Translations under genes and position numbers: made by a program | Assembly: GCA_000182565.2 (NCBI GenBank) | Contig: KQ257455.1 | Reading direction: 5' to 3' (one strand) | Origin: Spizellomyces punctatus DAOM BR117 | Taxonomy: Eukaryota | Length of the DNA: 64,000 nt | Notes under the pieces: generated by a model | What the model was told of the DNA's origin: nothing | Databases searched by the model: none | The model's input: the letters and a program-made list of their open reading frames with translations, nothing else | Shown here: piece by piece, positions 49,741 to 63,017 of the stretch | How the letters are laid out: each line of letters starts with the position of its first letter | How positions within the stretch are numbered: the first letter of the stretch is position 1

Positions 49741-50909
49741 ATGGCGAGCACAGCATCTGAAGTGGATGCAGCAGCGGACAAGTTATCTCAACTTGGATTA
49801 GGCAACTCGAAAGGGAAAGAGACGGCGTCAGAAGGACGTTATGTCCTTGAAAACGGGAACGTCGACTTAGTGGTTAGTTGGAAGTGTGCAAAGGAATGGC
49901 ATTTTGCACTGAGGACTGACCAGCCAAGCTGACCTTCCTTGCTGCTCAATTCCCTGTAGACAACTGATCGCTCGACCTTAATACCAGCCGTCGATAGCCA
50001 AACCAGCACCAACGTGATTTTGAAGCGGATACCTAGTTCTGAAACCGCCAACCGCGAACTGAAGATTCTACATCGGCTCCAGAAAGCGAATGTTCCACAT
50101 GTTCTGACCCTCCTGGATTCATATGTGGAGAGGGAAACAGGGAATTCGGTTCTGGTCTTCCCCAGACTGAAGCGATTAGAGACGAGAAATATTGATTTGG
50201 TTGTGGTTGCTAGATATACCAGACAACTAGCAGAGGTAAGCCCGAAACGGTGCTGAAGATTCAACATGCCACTGGAGCTGATTTTCGTGTTTAGGCTCTG
50301 AATGGCATTCACAGCATCAAATTGGCCCACACCGAGATCTCAGCAGCCACCATTATGGCGGATGACGCCTCTTCCTTAGTCATGATATCATGGAGCAGGG
50401 CCCAATTTGCTGATACCTTGGCAGCAGACCCGTCCAACCCAATCACAACCAGCGCAGAAGCGGCTGCGGCGGCTGCCCGGCCACCACCATCATTCACGGC
50501 TCCCGACATTCATGCTGCCGGAGCGATCCTCGGGCAGTGGCTCGAACCCTATCTTCCAGGCTGCTCACTCAATTACCTTGGATCCCGTCTCGTGCGCCGC
50601 TCAACAACCACCTATATATCTCGAAAACTCTTGGATCGTCTAGATGCTCAACGAATGGGGCGGGAAGCTCCATGGCATGTTGCTGTATCCCATGCCGCTG
50701 ACTTGTTGAGTAAAATGCTAGAGCCAGATGAGGAAATTAGGATCACGGCTGAGGAAATGTTGAAACATCCATTTGTGGTAGCAGATGAGCAGGACTTTTT
50801 GGGAACGGATTATGAGGCCTACCGGAAGGAGCTTGCGTTGATTGGATTGCGGGGTGCATCAAGAATTTCTGCAACGGCAAGAGAGCCGAGAATTTTCATG
50901 AGAGGATGA
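49741..50909 (+). CDS. Protein-kinase-fold protein, predicted pseudokinase, 3 exons
   Basis: VILKRI (beta3 Lys), RELKIL (alphaC Glu), DLLSKMLEPDEEIRITAEEMLKHPF (subdomain XI); HRD and DFG degenerate. Confidence 0.8.
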
Positions 50910-51310
50910 TGGGATATGTAGACTTTTTGTGTATCGTTTGTTATGAGAAGGAAACTCTTTTGTCCATAAACCATTACGCACGTAACTAGCATTGCTTCAT
51001 GGTAAACCATTGCGCGCAAGTACGCCGTTTTTACCCCGGCCCGACATAGTGCACTGTCCCTGTGCGTTCACCTACTATGTCAATTGTGAACGTCAGTAAG
51101 GGCACGACCCTTCTGGTGATCGGCGAATTAATCATCATGGCTCTTCAAAGTTCGATCAGTCCCTTCCAAACACCCCAAATTTCTTAACAAAAGCAACGAA
51201 ATTCCTTTAGCCAAAAAAATCAAGGGTCCGTTACCCGGGGTATTTCCAATACCACGCCGGCACTCAAAAATTCCCCGGCTTTTGATCCCACCAACCTCCA
51301 CCCAAGAATT

Positions 51311-52233
51311 ATGTACAGTCCCGTCCTTCATCACACACATCGGCATGCCCCACCACCACCACCTCAGAATTGGTCCCATCGCCACTATAACCCACCCCAT
51401 CCCACGGCGTCTAAACTCTTGTCCAAAAAATGGGAAGACAAGAGCCGATCACTGCACATGAAAAAGATCAAAGAAGCCAAATCCACAATTGATAGTCGTC
51501 CACCTCGGGTATGGCCGCATTTGGAAGTGCGACTGAAGAGGGTTCAGGTTGAGCAAGGTGTGTGCAATCATTCGCCGCAACGCATCTCAAGCCTTTTGCT
51601 CTGTACTAAATCGTATTATTTACAGAAAGGCTACAGGAAATCGAACGGAACAACCACATTTTGCTTGACCGTATTGCCTTCCAGTTGGATAATCCATCCC
51701 AAGTGTCCGATTTGAAGAATTCCCAGCGAGTCTCATCCCACCGGGGAAGTGCAAATTCAGTGAACAGTAGTGGTAGCACGAGGTCACTGCATGCGCCTAA
51801 ACGCAAAAGGGATTTGAAAGCGATTGAGGTTCAAAACATGGTAGGGAATTGTTCAGCATTCATAAACGTTTGACATGTCTAATAATTGTGCATCCCCAAG
51901 ACCATTTTGCAACGGATCGAAGACCAGCCACCTACATATCCCCGCACAAAGTTCTTTGCATCCCGCTGCCAAAATCTGGAGTATCTACGCAATATTGCAC
52001 AATATCCTCAGACATACGAAAGGCTCCTAGAGGGACATGTGGGGAGGCATCGCAGGGAGAGCTCTTTGTGTGTGCATGAAGAGATTGTTTTGCCGCCTCC
52101 TGGTAAAACTAGCGGGCGACCACCAACGAGACCTAATCGAATGTCGGGCCCTTTGGAAGATTTAGTGATTGAGGATGTCGAGGATGGGGGAGCAGCTGAG
52201 AGGAAGAGGGAGGAGTTGCCAAAGATAGCGTGA
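51311..52233 (+). CDS. CFAP97/Hemingway-domain (CFAP97D-like) flagellar protein, 3 exons
   Basis: HMKKIKEAKSTIDSRPP...HLEVRLKRVQVEQ|ERLQEIERNNHILLDRI...IEVQNM|TILQRIE. Confidence 0.82.
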
Positions 52234-52937
52234 TTTCCTTTTTTCCATTATGTTTTTATTTCTCTAGGAAATCGGTGCTGAATAGGTTTCGAAGGGGATG
52301 ATATCATTATTTTGGCATTCGAAAGTCTGGAGGATTTGGCTAGCCCTTCATCCAGAATACAAAGATTGCTTATACCGCCGGACATGAATTTGTACATGAT
52401 TGCTAGGGAAGTGATAGCTGTCAAGAACTAAAGAATTTTAGTTTGTTCCCTGAGATCTTTAGATTTCATGGCAGGATGAGGCCTCCGAAAGCATGAAATC
52501 CTTGAAGAAACGGTCAAGCTAGCCAGAAGCAAGGCTATAAAGACGAAAGATTATTAGCTTATATGCGATGGTACTCAGTAGTGCATCCTCAAAGTGTTTG
52601 TTTGGTTGCAAAGTCCGCCCTACAAGCAAGTTAAAAGGAATAAAGTTATTTGAAGATCTGAGCTGCCAAGCAGACACGTGTAAATCGCTTTGACAGGGGC
52701 CAGAACACCCAGGGACTCAAGTGAACCATTCGAGATCCAACACCCATCCGACACCAATCTTGTGGTCTGGCAGACATTCCCTTTCTCCGTCGTTCTGAAA
52801 AGACAAAGATAGGAGTAATCGAACGCTCGCTCGTCGCCACGGCGGCGTGCGGCCGCGTCAGTCGTCGGTCGTATCCGTCGTCGACCAGAGCGGAGGGTGC
52901 GGGTGGTGCAGCACAAGACGGGTGGTGGGACGCTGAG

Positions 52938-53982
52938 ATGCTACTGTGTATTGTGTTTAGCTTGAGTGGTGTTATAGCCTGTTATTTGGAATGGACAGGG
53001 CGATTCAATGTAAGTAGGCAAAGTATGGATTCTTTGTGTGTGCCCGCATGTTCCTTGGTGCAAAGTAGACGAGGTCAAGGGCGTATCTTGTCATATTCCA
53101 AGCTTTTGCATGGACAGGCTTTATCTACGTCCGCTATGCCCTAATTTAACCAACTCTTTCCAACGCTAGGCGCCATATTCAAAGTTTCGTGCAAGGTGGT
53201 CATACACCACCGAACTGTCCTCTCGTATCGGCATGGCCATCGTATATGGCTCAGTCGTGATATGGGTCTCGATCTTGTACGGGTTATTTGGATCCTTCGA
53301 CCACCCCTACCACATCGTTACATACGCTTTCTATTTTGTCAATTACACCAAGCGAACGCTTGAATCCTTCTTTGTTCACCGGTATTCCAGTTCGATATCC
53401 AAGGAAGTCGTGGCATGTCTCACTGCCGCAAACCTTTTCGTTGCAACATGTTCCTGCTATTCCATTTTGTTTACGAAGAGTGTGGATGATAGTGATTGGG
53501 TGGTGCTGTTCTTTCCGGTACCGTTGATGATTTTTGGATTAGCAGGGAATTTCTATCATCATCTGCTGCTTGCAAGACTAAGACCGAAGCATGGTATGTC
53601 TTTGACATTTGTTAGTCCATTACGAGATCTTTGGGTTGATGCGATGTGCATAGGAAAATACAACGTCCATAGGCCTTATCGAATACCCCGAGGCGGACTA
53701 TTCTGGTACACCACATGTCCGCATTATTTTCTCGAGATTGTGGCATGGATAGGATTTGCGGCAACCGTACATCGTCCCACCGTGTACGGGCATGTCGTTT
53801 ACATCTGTCTGAAACTCATGGGTAGAGCTGTGCAGACGAGACTCTGGTTCGTATGCTTATATTTAAAATGGCCGTGATGGTGTACGTTATAGTGTCTAAA
53901 TTGTGGCTCTTTATAAAGGTATCTGCGAAATGTCAGTGGATACTCTCCTGACCGCACTGCGTTGATACCCTTTTTATTGTAA
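52938..53982 (+). CDS. Steroid 5-alpha-reductase/enoyl-reductase family membrane protein
   Basis: PYSKF, KRTLESFFVHRYS, GNFYHHLLLARLR, YRIPRGGLFWYTTCPHYFLEIVAW, RTALIPFLL. Confidence 0.9.
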
Positions 53983-54191
53983 CGCGGCATGACGGAGGGT
54001 ATCGGTGTAGATGTAGGGATATCGTTAGCATGGTAGATAGACTTGGGAGGTAATTTATCGTGGGCATCCCACTAATCCGACATTTCAAAATAAGTGGATC
54101 ATGTCTTTGCAAATTCCTTATTCACTTATGTTAATATTATATGTACAGAAGCTATATTTTGAAAGAAAGAAAAACGCAATCCAGTTGCACT

Positions 54192-55307
54192 CTAATTCAG
54201 GATGTCAATGTCAGATGATGGGTCGGTAGGAGATGCTGGGGGATGGCCAAAGCCAGGCGAAAGCTAAATGGAGGTGAAAAATGTCAACATACAAATAAAT
54301 ATAAGTGAAGCCCATTCTTGCTCCACAACCTTCTTCTTTTTCTTTGGCTTCTTGTCTCCTATTGAATCTCCATCTTCTGTCCTTCGTTTCTTCTTCTGAA
54401 TTTTGAACGAGGGTGAGTACTGACGCAAACATTGGGATTCTTTCTATCGAGAATGCGCCACCTTTTTGTCTCTGCCATCATCTCCAGCCTCTGTTTTGAT
54501 TGGCAGGGGTGGAGGTGCAGCTATCAAGCAGTCAAGTCAGAATTTCGATGGACTTTCTATGCCAACCAGCAAGCGTATTCACCTGCAAAGTTCAATTTGA
54601 GGGATATTCGTTTCTGAGGTTTGTCAGGTCCATGTTCCAATTTGACCTTGTCTAGGTGGCTATTCTGAGGTTGGACTTCCCGGCCAAGGAGGCTGGTATC
54701 AACCTGTAATTACTCATGTAAGGCTTTGACCCATGCGAAAGTAGTGGCTCAGAACAGTGGTAAAGACATACATTGGGTATCGGCCCTGGAGGGAAATTGA
54801 ATGCTGCTTTGAGAGCACTTCTATCAATGCGTTTCACTTCAACTGGTGGTAGAGGCTGGACAAAAAGGTCGCGGATGTATCGCCCTGGTCGGGTATCCGG
54901 CTTGCCTGTCAATGGCAAGATGGTTGAGAATTCTCTCTAAATCCTATGCAAGGTTGAAAAGTGGCTATACCCCGAAGGTGAGCAATGTACGGTGTATACG
55001 TTGCATCCAGGGATTGGACATTCACAGCGAGTCTGGGATTGTACGGTTTGGCGTGTTTCTCAAAAATATACTTTAGGCCGTATAGATCCAGAAGATCCTT
55101 GCTACCGTGCACGATGGGCGGTGGTGGTAGGTCTGTTTGCCCGGGATTTGCAGCGAGTGAGTGACTGGTTTACACCAACTTTCTGTAGATTGCCCAGCAA
55201 GCTGTTCTGGTTTCCCACTCTTCCTTTCAATCTAAATAAGATGAACATGTAGTTTTTCTCTCTTTACCTTCTGGTACCTCTTTGTAGAATGGATATGTCA
55301 CTGTCAT
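54192..55307 (-). CDS. MED19: Mediator subunit Med19/Rox3-like, multi-exon
   Basis: HGSKDLLDLYGL, YIAHLRG, AFNFPPGPIP and a Lys-rich tail. Confidence 0.72.
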
Positions 55308-55478
55308 TTCCCGAAAGATTGTCCAGAGCAACCCGTACCAATGCTTGAACATGGGTTTGATTTGGAATCCCTAAACTAAAGGTCAGGCTTAGGGCAGCCA
55401 GTGGCACAGTTTCAGTCCACGACAGACGGGATTTGGGGATTTTACACTCGCGAACGATCTCACCTCTCCCTCTACAAA

Positions 55479-56555
55479 ATGGCCTCGCCAGCAACGTCAG
55501 AAAAAGCAGGCGAGTCCTGGCAAACGGCCAAAGAGCTGTTCGCTGGTAGCGTGGGAGGTATCGTGCAAGTCTTGAGCGGTCAGGTATGAGTGGGTCATGA
55601 CGGTTATCTATGCTTTTGCGCACTGGCCGTGTTATGTTGACATGACCCTTCTTTTTCAGCCGTTCGATACGGTCAAGGTCCGCCTCCAGACACAACCTCG
55701 TGAGAACCCGCTTTACAGCGGCATTGGAGACTGTGTGAAGAAAATTGTCAAAAATGAAGGGTTCAGCGGGTTCTACAAGGGCACACTAACACCCCTCATT
55801 GGAGTAGGAGGGTGTGTCTCCATTCAATTCGGTGCACTTGAATATGTCAAGCGCTCCTTTACATCCTACAACCGATCCGCTGGCTCTGCAACGCCTGACC
55901 ATCTCTCCATGCCACAACTTTTCTTGGCTGGGGCCGCATCAGGTATCGCGAACTCGGTACTATCTGGACCAATTGAGCACGTGCGGACTCGTCTGCAGGT
56001 TCAAGGAAGCAGTACGTCTGGTGGGAAGCCGACATACAGCGGGCCACTCGATTTTGCGCGTAAAGTTGCCGGTGAACATGGTGTGAACGCGTTGTACAAG
56101 GGTCAGGCGGTGACGATGGTTCGAGAGTTTTTTGGATACGGTGCCTATTTCGCCACGTATGAATGGCTGATGCAAAGGACGATGAAAAGTGAGGGGAAGA
56201 GGAGGGATCAGATTGAAACCTGGAAGCAGTGCTTGTATGGTGCTATGGCAGGATATGCTTTATGGATTTCAGTATACCCGGTGGATGTGATCAAGTCCAA
56301 GATTCAGACGGATGGATTCGCCCTGTCGACACGGCAATACAAGGGGATGTTGGACTGTGCTAGGAAGACTCTCGCCCAAGACGGACTTGCCGGATTTTAC
56401 AGAGGTATCTTTTAATAATTTGAAAGTTGGAAATTATTGCAGCATGCTGATATATTACATTCCTAGGATTCTGGGCTTGCATGTTCCGTGCTGGACCCGT
56501 CAATGCTGCTACATTCGTTGCGTACGAGATTACCATGAATTTCATAGGTCGATAA
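55479..56555 (+). CDS. Mitochondrial carrier (Ymc1/Ymc2, carnitine/ornithine carrier clade), 3 exons
   Basis: Three PX[DE]XX[KR]X[RK] signatures: PFDTVKVRLQ, PIEHVRTRLQ, PVDVIKSKIQ. Confidence 0.95.
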
Positions 56556-57382
56556 GGCAAAGGCGATCGAAGAGTGTTTGTTCGTACTGTGGCGATTTAC
56601 ATGGGTTTACGGATGGCTAGACGCGTAGATCATGGTTAAAGAACATATCTAAATCAAGGGCCCAGTGTACTTAACATCCGTTATCTTTAAAAGTGAATAT
56701 CAAGAATAGATAAACTCTGATATAGATAAAGTAATAGCACTTTGTGACCAGCACATAATGGGAAGCTTTCATGTCGGGCATAATGGACTAAGCCAACTGT
56801 TCTGTTGCTATGACAACGTCACCTTATAAAAGGCCCTCTGCCGTTTTCTTTCTTGTCGATTTTTCGTTTACAGTTGATGACGATGGTGAACAAGGACAGT
56901 GCCTCTCAACAGATGAGCATGTCGTTTTTCTAGGAACATTGTCGTCTCTTGAAGGCACTTGTCTTTAGTTTGCGTCTCGTCTCGAACGTCCTCCTATATA
57001 TTGTAACACCCTCCATCCCCTACATGGAGCCCGAATGATGTGTAAACACTGCGTTATCTATCCAAATTCGTAATGCGGACAAAGAAAACAGAATACAGCT
57101 GACGGGTTCCTTCTCTATTCTCTTTCTACTCAAACCTCCGTGTCTGGTTGTTATGTTTGGTACCGAGCTTTGAGTAAGAAAGACCATTGATCTGGTGGGC
57201 ACTTTAAGTATGGCTCTCGCAACATTTTAGCATTGCATTGCCACGATTCCCAGTGCCCGAAAGTAAGACGTGAGGTCCCCTAGAGCAGCATCATGTTTCA
57301 ATCCTGGTTGCATGTGTAGAAGGGACCATATATTATCATCCGTCCTACAAACAGCCAACCTAGTTAAGTTGGGGAAGGTTTA

Positions 57383-57435
57383 GTTAACGTGAGGGTGGTA
57401 GCCTAACCCTCACCTTAACTTACCCACCCTCACCT
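57383..57435. repeat. Degenerate telomere-like hexamer tract forming a hairpin
   Basis: cctaaccctcaccttaacttacccaccctcaccttatccttacc; GTTAAcGTGAGGGT ... ACCCTCACcTTAAC inverted repeat. Confidence 0.5.
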
Positions 57436-57667
57436 TATCCTTACCGGTAACGAGAAAACGTTAGGCGGTATTTCAAGGTGCTGTGCGTACATTCAAGCAA
57501 TTTGGTCGACGGGGAAGGCAGCCGATTTGGCCAATCTAAGAGTCCAATTATTGCTCCACAGCATGTCTCATCGAAAAGCCCATACGTGGCTTTTAGAGTC
57601 TCGTGACCTGCTTCTGGAAGCATGTCGTTCAGTTGCTTGAATAAAGTTTTGCATCACCGCCGACGAC

Positions 57668-59242
57668 ATGGAAGTGAAGCGAACACCAGTTTCGTTCTCG
57701 TCTCTTCCGGCCGAATTGGCAGAGCAGATTGTCACTTCCTTGGAAGCTCGTGAGGACTGGGTTTCTGCTAGTCAGGTATGAATGTCACTCTCAGCTACAT
57801 GTGCAAGATGCCCACCAGTCTTATCGACGAACACAATCAGGTCTGCCGATTCTGGTACCGAGTGTTAGTACCAAAGATATGGCGATGCATAGCCCCGACT
57901 CAGTCGGACACAATACGACAAATCGTCATCAATGTGGCCCAACGCGGATTCGTCCTGTCACCGTTAATGAACTTTAGTTCTCTGTTTCACCTAATTCGCG
58001 AGATCGACTTGTCCCGAATGACAATATATAATGCAGAGGTATATTGTTGTACTGTTGGCACATGCAGGCTATTCTCTTTCAGTATATTAATCTCGTGTGC
58101 GTAACGCTTGGTCTGGTAGCCGAAACTAAACTTCGAAAAGCTCATCATGCACTGCCGAGAGCTAGAGTCACTAAACCTGACCAATTGCCTGTGGGTAAGC
58201 ACCTGTGACTCCCGTTTGCTCGTATCGAAGGTGGTGGCTCATGTCTATATTTCCCACGCAGGTTACGGATACGATCGTAATGCAGCTGATAAACTGCACG
58301 AAACTGAAGCGGCTGAATCTACACGGTTGTGGGCAGGTAACTGGAGACCCGATGGGACTCCTTTTGGAAAATCTTGATCATCTGGAAGAGCTTTCACTGG
58401 CACATTGTACCATGATGCGTAGTTTACACCCTGCGTTCGTTGTTTGTCGGGCGCCATTACGAGTCCTTAATCTCGGCGGTATTTTTGAGCTTTCAGACAT
58501 GAATGACGTTTTAGCGGCAATCTTTGATAAGTGTCATGCCACGCTAGAGAGTCTGGTTATTGACTGGAGTAAGTGGCAAACCAGATAGTGTTGAGACTCG
58601 TTTAGTCCTCACACCTTCTTGAATTCAGACAACACGCTGAATGAGAATCCATTTCGGCGTTTGAACACACTACCGACGATGAACCTCCGGGAGCTCAGCC
58701 TAATTCGCTGTCCTCGACTCAGTGGTGGTGCGCTTGCGCGTCTCGCGCCGCACAGCAGTAATTTGCTTAAGCTCTCCCTCAACGGAAGCTCCGGTCTGAC
58801 GGGGGCCAACATTGCAGGCTTTGTCCAAAGTACCCCTCACCTGACATCTCTTGACATAAGCTTTATCGAAGACATTACAGACGACGAGCTAGAGGACATT
58901 GCTACCGCATGTCCAAACCTCAAAGAAGTTAAAATGCTCGGAATCGGGACGGGTATCACGGATTGGACCCTCCTGAGTCTTAGCGCCCATACGACTGGCC
59001 TTCGCAAGCTCTACATGAGTATGAACATGAACATTACGCCGCAGGCTGTGTACAGTCTCGTGGTTGCTTGTCCTAACATAACGGTTCTGTCATTTCTGGG
59101 ATGTGGGCAAATCATGGGTAGTCGCATTCAGCAGCTAGCTTTAGAATTAGATCCTACCCTTTCACCAGAGAATGTTCATTTTGAAATGACAGAGTCTGTA
59201 AATTGGAGGACACGCATGATTGAAACCCTGGCGGCGGGATGA
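57668..59242 (+). CDS. F-box/leucine-rich-repeat protein
   Basis: FSSLPAELAEQIV...|VCRFWY (F-box); LESLNLTNC, LKRLNLHGC, LEELSLAHC, LTSLDISF (cysteine-containing LRRs). Confidence 0.9.
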
Positions 59243-59756
59243 GGTATACCGATATCGGTAGTGTAATTAGGTTGTTATAGACTGTGCATACTTGCATATT
59301 TCGAGATTCCCAAATTATATTAACTAGTCGCAGTATTACGAATCCTGTATGAACTATATGCCTCTAACACACCGGCGTAATTAGCCAGTATCACTCACTG
59401 TGCTTAACGCACGGTGTAGTGTTGGCGCGTCTTTTGCCTGTGTACCGTTTACCATCTGACCCTAGTTGCAAGTGGTGAAGGCCTCGCGAGACGGTTGAAA
59501 TTGTCAGCCCGATTACGGCTCCATCATTTGAATCAGTGCTGAAGGGTCACTGCACAACTCCAATGTGATGACCTGCCGATGGGCATTATCTGTGCAGGTA
59601 ACGTTGCTGTCTTCCAACCTTTTTCCAATGTCCATATCGTATTATACACGTGATTAATGGCGACACGCGGCAGATATGCTACTGGTTTTGTCCACCACAG
59701 GCAATGTGTCATGTCGGTAACGAGGGTGTCGTGCCGCACCCTCGTAGCGATCCACC

Positions 59757-60773
59757 ATGACTGTCAAAGAAGAGATCTCCTTGCGAACGGTAACGGCAGC
59801 TGCTGAACGGATACAAGGACATGCTCACAAGACTGCCGTCCTGACCTCGACTACCCTATCGTCGCTCTTTGGAAGAGATCCCTCAACTAATGCGCCACGC
59901 ACACTTCTCTTCAAATGCGAGAACTTTCAACGAGTCGGCGCTTTCAAGTTCCGCGGTGCGTTCAATGCGGTCTCACGGTTATGTCAGGAGACACCTGAAC
60001 TCGCTGCGAAAGGGATTGTCACGCATTCGTCAGGGAACCATGGGCAGGCGGTTGCGTTGGCAGCAAAATTGAATGGCATACCTGCATATGTAGTCATGCC
60101 GAGCAGCGCGCCACAAGTGAAGAAGGACGCCGTTAAAGGGTATGGAGCTACTGTTGTTGAATGCGTACCGACTTTGCAGGCGAGAGAGGACACAGCTGCC
60201 AAGGTTATCAACGAGACTGGAGCGACGTTTATCCATCCTTATAATCACCCGGATGTGATCAGTGGACAGGGGACTCTCGCACTGGAGTTTTTGAAGCAGG
60301 CTGAGGAATTGGGGCATCCTCTTGATGCATTGATTGTACCAGTGGGAGGTGGAGGAATGCTATCGGGGTGTATTACCGCCGCAAAGGCAATCAATCCGAA
60401 TATTCGCATTTTTGCTGCTGAACCATTGGGCGCAAATGACTGTGCCCAATCCTTTCAGTCCAAAACTTTTGTCCCGTCCGTTGCTCCCAAGTCTATTGCG
60501 GATGGCTTGCTGACGAGTTTGGGATCCCTGACATGGCCAATTATTCGAGACAATGTGGAAGACGTACGGACCGTAACGGAGGACAATATCATCAAGGCAA
60601 CGAGGCTGATATGGGAACGAATGAAGATTATTGTTGAACCTAGCGCAGCGGTACCGGCTGCTGTTGCGCTGTTTGATGAGGAGTTCAAGTCATTGGATGG
60701 ATTAAATAACGTGGGTATTGTATTTTCTGGAGGAAATGTCGACATGGAGAAGCTTCCATGGCTTCGATCATAG
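59757..60773 (+). CDS. PLP-dependent serine racemase/threonine dehydratase family enzyme, intronless
   Basis: FKCENFQRVGAFKFRGA, THSSGNHGQA, VPVGGGGM, IVEPS, SGGNVD. Confidence 0.95.
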   Translation: MTVKEEISLRTVTAAAERIQGHAHKTAVLTSTTLSSLFGRDPSTNAPRTLLFKCENFQRVGAFKFRGAFNAVSRLCQETPELAAKGIVTHSSGNHGQAVALAAKLNGIPAYVVMPSSAPQVKKDAVKGYGATVVECVPTLQAREDTAAKVINETGATFIHPYNHPDVISGQGTLALEFLKQAEELGHPLDALIVPVGGGGMLSGCITAAKAINPNIRIFAAEPLGANDCAQSFQSKTFVPSVAPKSIADGLLTSLGSLTWPIIRDNVEDVRTVTEDNIIKATRLIWERMKIIVEPSAAVPAAVALFDEEFKSLDGLNNVGIVFSGGNVDMEKLPWLRS

Positions 60774-60928
60774 ATCTTACACTCTAGATTGATTCAATAT
60801 ATGGCGAGACTAAGGCAGATTTGCGGTTTATGTTTGGCTTCTGCAATGGTTCCACATAAGACACTCTGCATGCGATTGTAGCAGGTAGTATCAAGCCCAG
60901 TAATTGTAAAACAGAGACCAGCTCAGTT

Positions 60929-61879
60929 TTAAGTCTCTGAAATACATTCCGAATTAATATTTAACGTCCTATCGCCTGCTGAATAGTCTGGAACCTCGTC
61001 TCTTTCCCATATTCCCGTTCGTCTTGCATCTCGGCCTACCGGTAGAGTAGTCCGTCCCTCTTTTTCTTCTGCCAGTTCAATGGCAGCTGCACGTCCCTTC
61101 AAGCCCTCGATCTGCTTATCGAATCCGTTTTCTCGCGCTTTTTGGACTCTAGCATCATAGAATTGCTGCAATGCCGCATCCTTGGCATCCATATGTTCCC
61201 GCAAATATCGTCGCATACGTTTCACATGCAGGAACACAATCACACCTGACAAAACAGCGACAAGTACAATGATGGAAGCCATCCGACCATTTGACATGTA
61301 CCGGGGGCCGGTATTGGATGCAACATTAGCGTAATAGTATGTAAAGTAATCATCGTCCGTTGATTGCCATCCACGCGGTGATTGCCAACGGTAGCCGCCA
61401 TATGGATCGAAATCAGTTCCTGGCCCGAATCCGCTTCTCGGCCTAGACGATGTCCCCGTTACATGCTCCGATGTAAACGAGCCTGTCGAATCCCACTCAT
61501 TTCGCCTCTTTTTATCACTCAAAATCTCATAGGCTTTGACTACACGAAGGAATTGTTCCTTTTCGACAGGATCTGCTCTCCGCGGCTCCTTTTTACGGTT
61601 ATGTGAACTACTTCCTAGATGTGAAGCAACTTGTCGATCGGGATGCAGGTCGAATACTCGCTTATAGTAAGCTTTTTTGATTTGCGCAAGTGTGGCAGTT
61701 TTGGGAACATCAAGCGTTTGATAGGGGCAAAAGCGTCCTGGTGTTGACGAGGAATGCGTTGTATATCGAACTTGGGGGATGAACGGTGTACACAGACTGA
61801 GGCATTTTCTCTTGGGTTGAGGCCTTGTCCAAATTCGGTGGGCCGCTTGTTTGCCGACGTATCTCTGGAGGCATTCCAT
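60929..61879 (-). CDS. J-domain (DnaJ) protein with TM helix, probably mitochondrial
   Basis: PYQTLDV...IKKAYY...LHPD...AYEILSD; basic N-terminal leader; hydrophobic segment. Confidence 0.88.
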   Translation of the reverse strand: MECLQRYVGKQAAHRIWTRPQPKRKCLSLCTPFIPQVRYTTHSSSTPGRFCPYQTLDVPKTATLAQIKKAYYKRVFDLHPDRQVASHLGSSSHNRKKEPRRADPVEKEQFLRVVKAYEILSDKKRRNEWDSTGSFTSEHVTGTSSRPRSGFGPGTDFDPYGGYRWQSPRGWQSTDDDYFTYYYANVASNTGPRYMSNGRMASIIVLVAVLSGVIVFLHVKRMRRYLREHMDAKDAALQQFYDARVQKARENGFDKQIEGLKGRAAAIELAEEKEGRTTLPVGRDARRTGIWERDEVPDYSAGDRTLNINSECISET

Positions 61880-62144
61880 TGTGGAGGGGGTGCAGAGGTG
61901 GAATTACCGCGCGGAGCAAACGTCAGCATGTCCGTCAACACTTCCAGGGCAACAAATAAACTGACACAGCCACCGAAATCAACTGCGATCAGTGATGATG
62001 ATATCCACAAAGGGACAACTGCTGTCATCACGGATTTTAAGGGCCATCACAGGCGTAGGTTCACAGTACAAGAAGCTCTTACCTTCGAATCTATTTATAC
62101 CAGTCACCTCAACTCTCTGGATTAGACTTTTTGTTTGAACGACA

Positions 62145-62816
62145 ATGGCTGCTGCATCAGCTCACACTGGGTCCGCGTTTGCGCGGTTTTGGAACCATCC
62201 CGCAGGTATGTCGTGTGCTTCTGAAATGACCGGATGATGCAATCCATTTTAGCTCGAGTGAGGCTGTTTGGAAAAGGAGATTGTTTTTATTGTGGCTAAA
62301 CCCAAGTTTTTGATTGCTTGCACAGGTCCGAAGACAATCCACTTCTGGGCACCTGCTATGAAATGGGTAAATATTCGTATTGCTGTTATATATGCGTTGC
62401 GCTTCAAGGATCTGACCAAAACCCACTTAGGGTCTCGTCATTGCTGGCTTGGGAGACTTGCAACGTCCTGCTGAAAAGCTTTCTGTGATGCAAACTGTGG
62501 CCCTTGCGGCGACAGGGGTTATCTGGTCCCGGTATTCGCTTGTTATTACACCCAAGAATTGGAGCTTATTCAGCGTCAACGTATTCGTCGGAGCCACTGG
62601 ATTGTATCAATTGTATCGAATCTACGAGTAAGTGTTTTTAATTTCTATATTCACTGCCAGGTGTGGATTGACAGTTTTGCCTCCCTGTGACATAGCTACA
62701 GGCAGTCGCTTAAAAACGCTCCGCTAACGACCCAGGCAAAAACAATCGCAAATGCGGCACAGGATACCGCTGCGCAAGCAAAGGACAAAGTTGAAAACGT
62801 CTTGAAGAATAAATAA
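62145..62816 (+). CDS. MPC2: Mitochondrial pyruvate carrier subunit 2, 4 exons
   Basis: FWNHPAGPKTIHFWAPAMKWGLVIAG...RPAEKLS...TGVIWSRYSLVITPKNWSLFSVN. Confidence 0.95.
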
Positions 62817-63017
62817 ATAAATAGATTTTGATTTTCATTTGGAGGACACCCGCTAGAGAAAGTGCCCTTCTGAGGGGGAACTTCATCATATAGATGTCGG
62901 GTTCATTGACCATTGTTAGCTGAGTCAGGCAATCCTGTCGCTTCCGTGGCTAGCGCAGGCTGATGAGCCAAATTTCTCTGGTTTTGTCTTTCGTAACCAT
63001 GAGTGGTCAATCCCTCT

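Noticed and set aside
57402-57410. CCTAACCCT as an alternative telomerase template
   Set aside because: Sits in a degenerate repeat and hairpin; I found no downstream pseudoknot or enclosing helix, unlike the 40.7-kb locus.
59757-60773. Horizontal transfer suggested by intronless genes (serine racemase, BMT5-like, SEL1, DnaJ)
   Set aside because: These families are normal in eukaryotes and composition matches the neighbours; lack of introns alone is not evidence.
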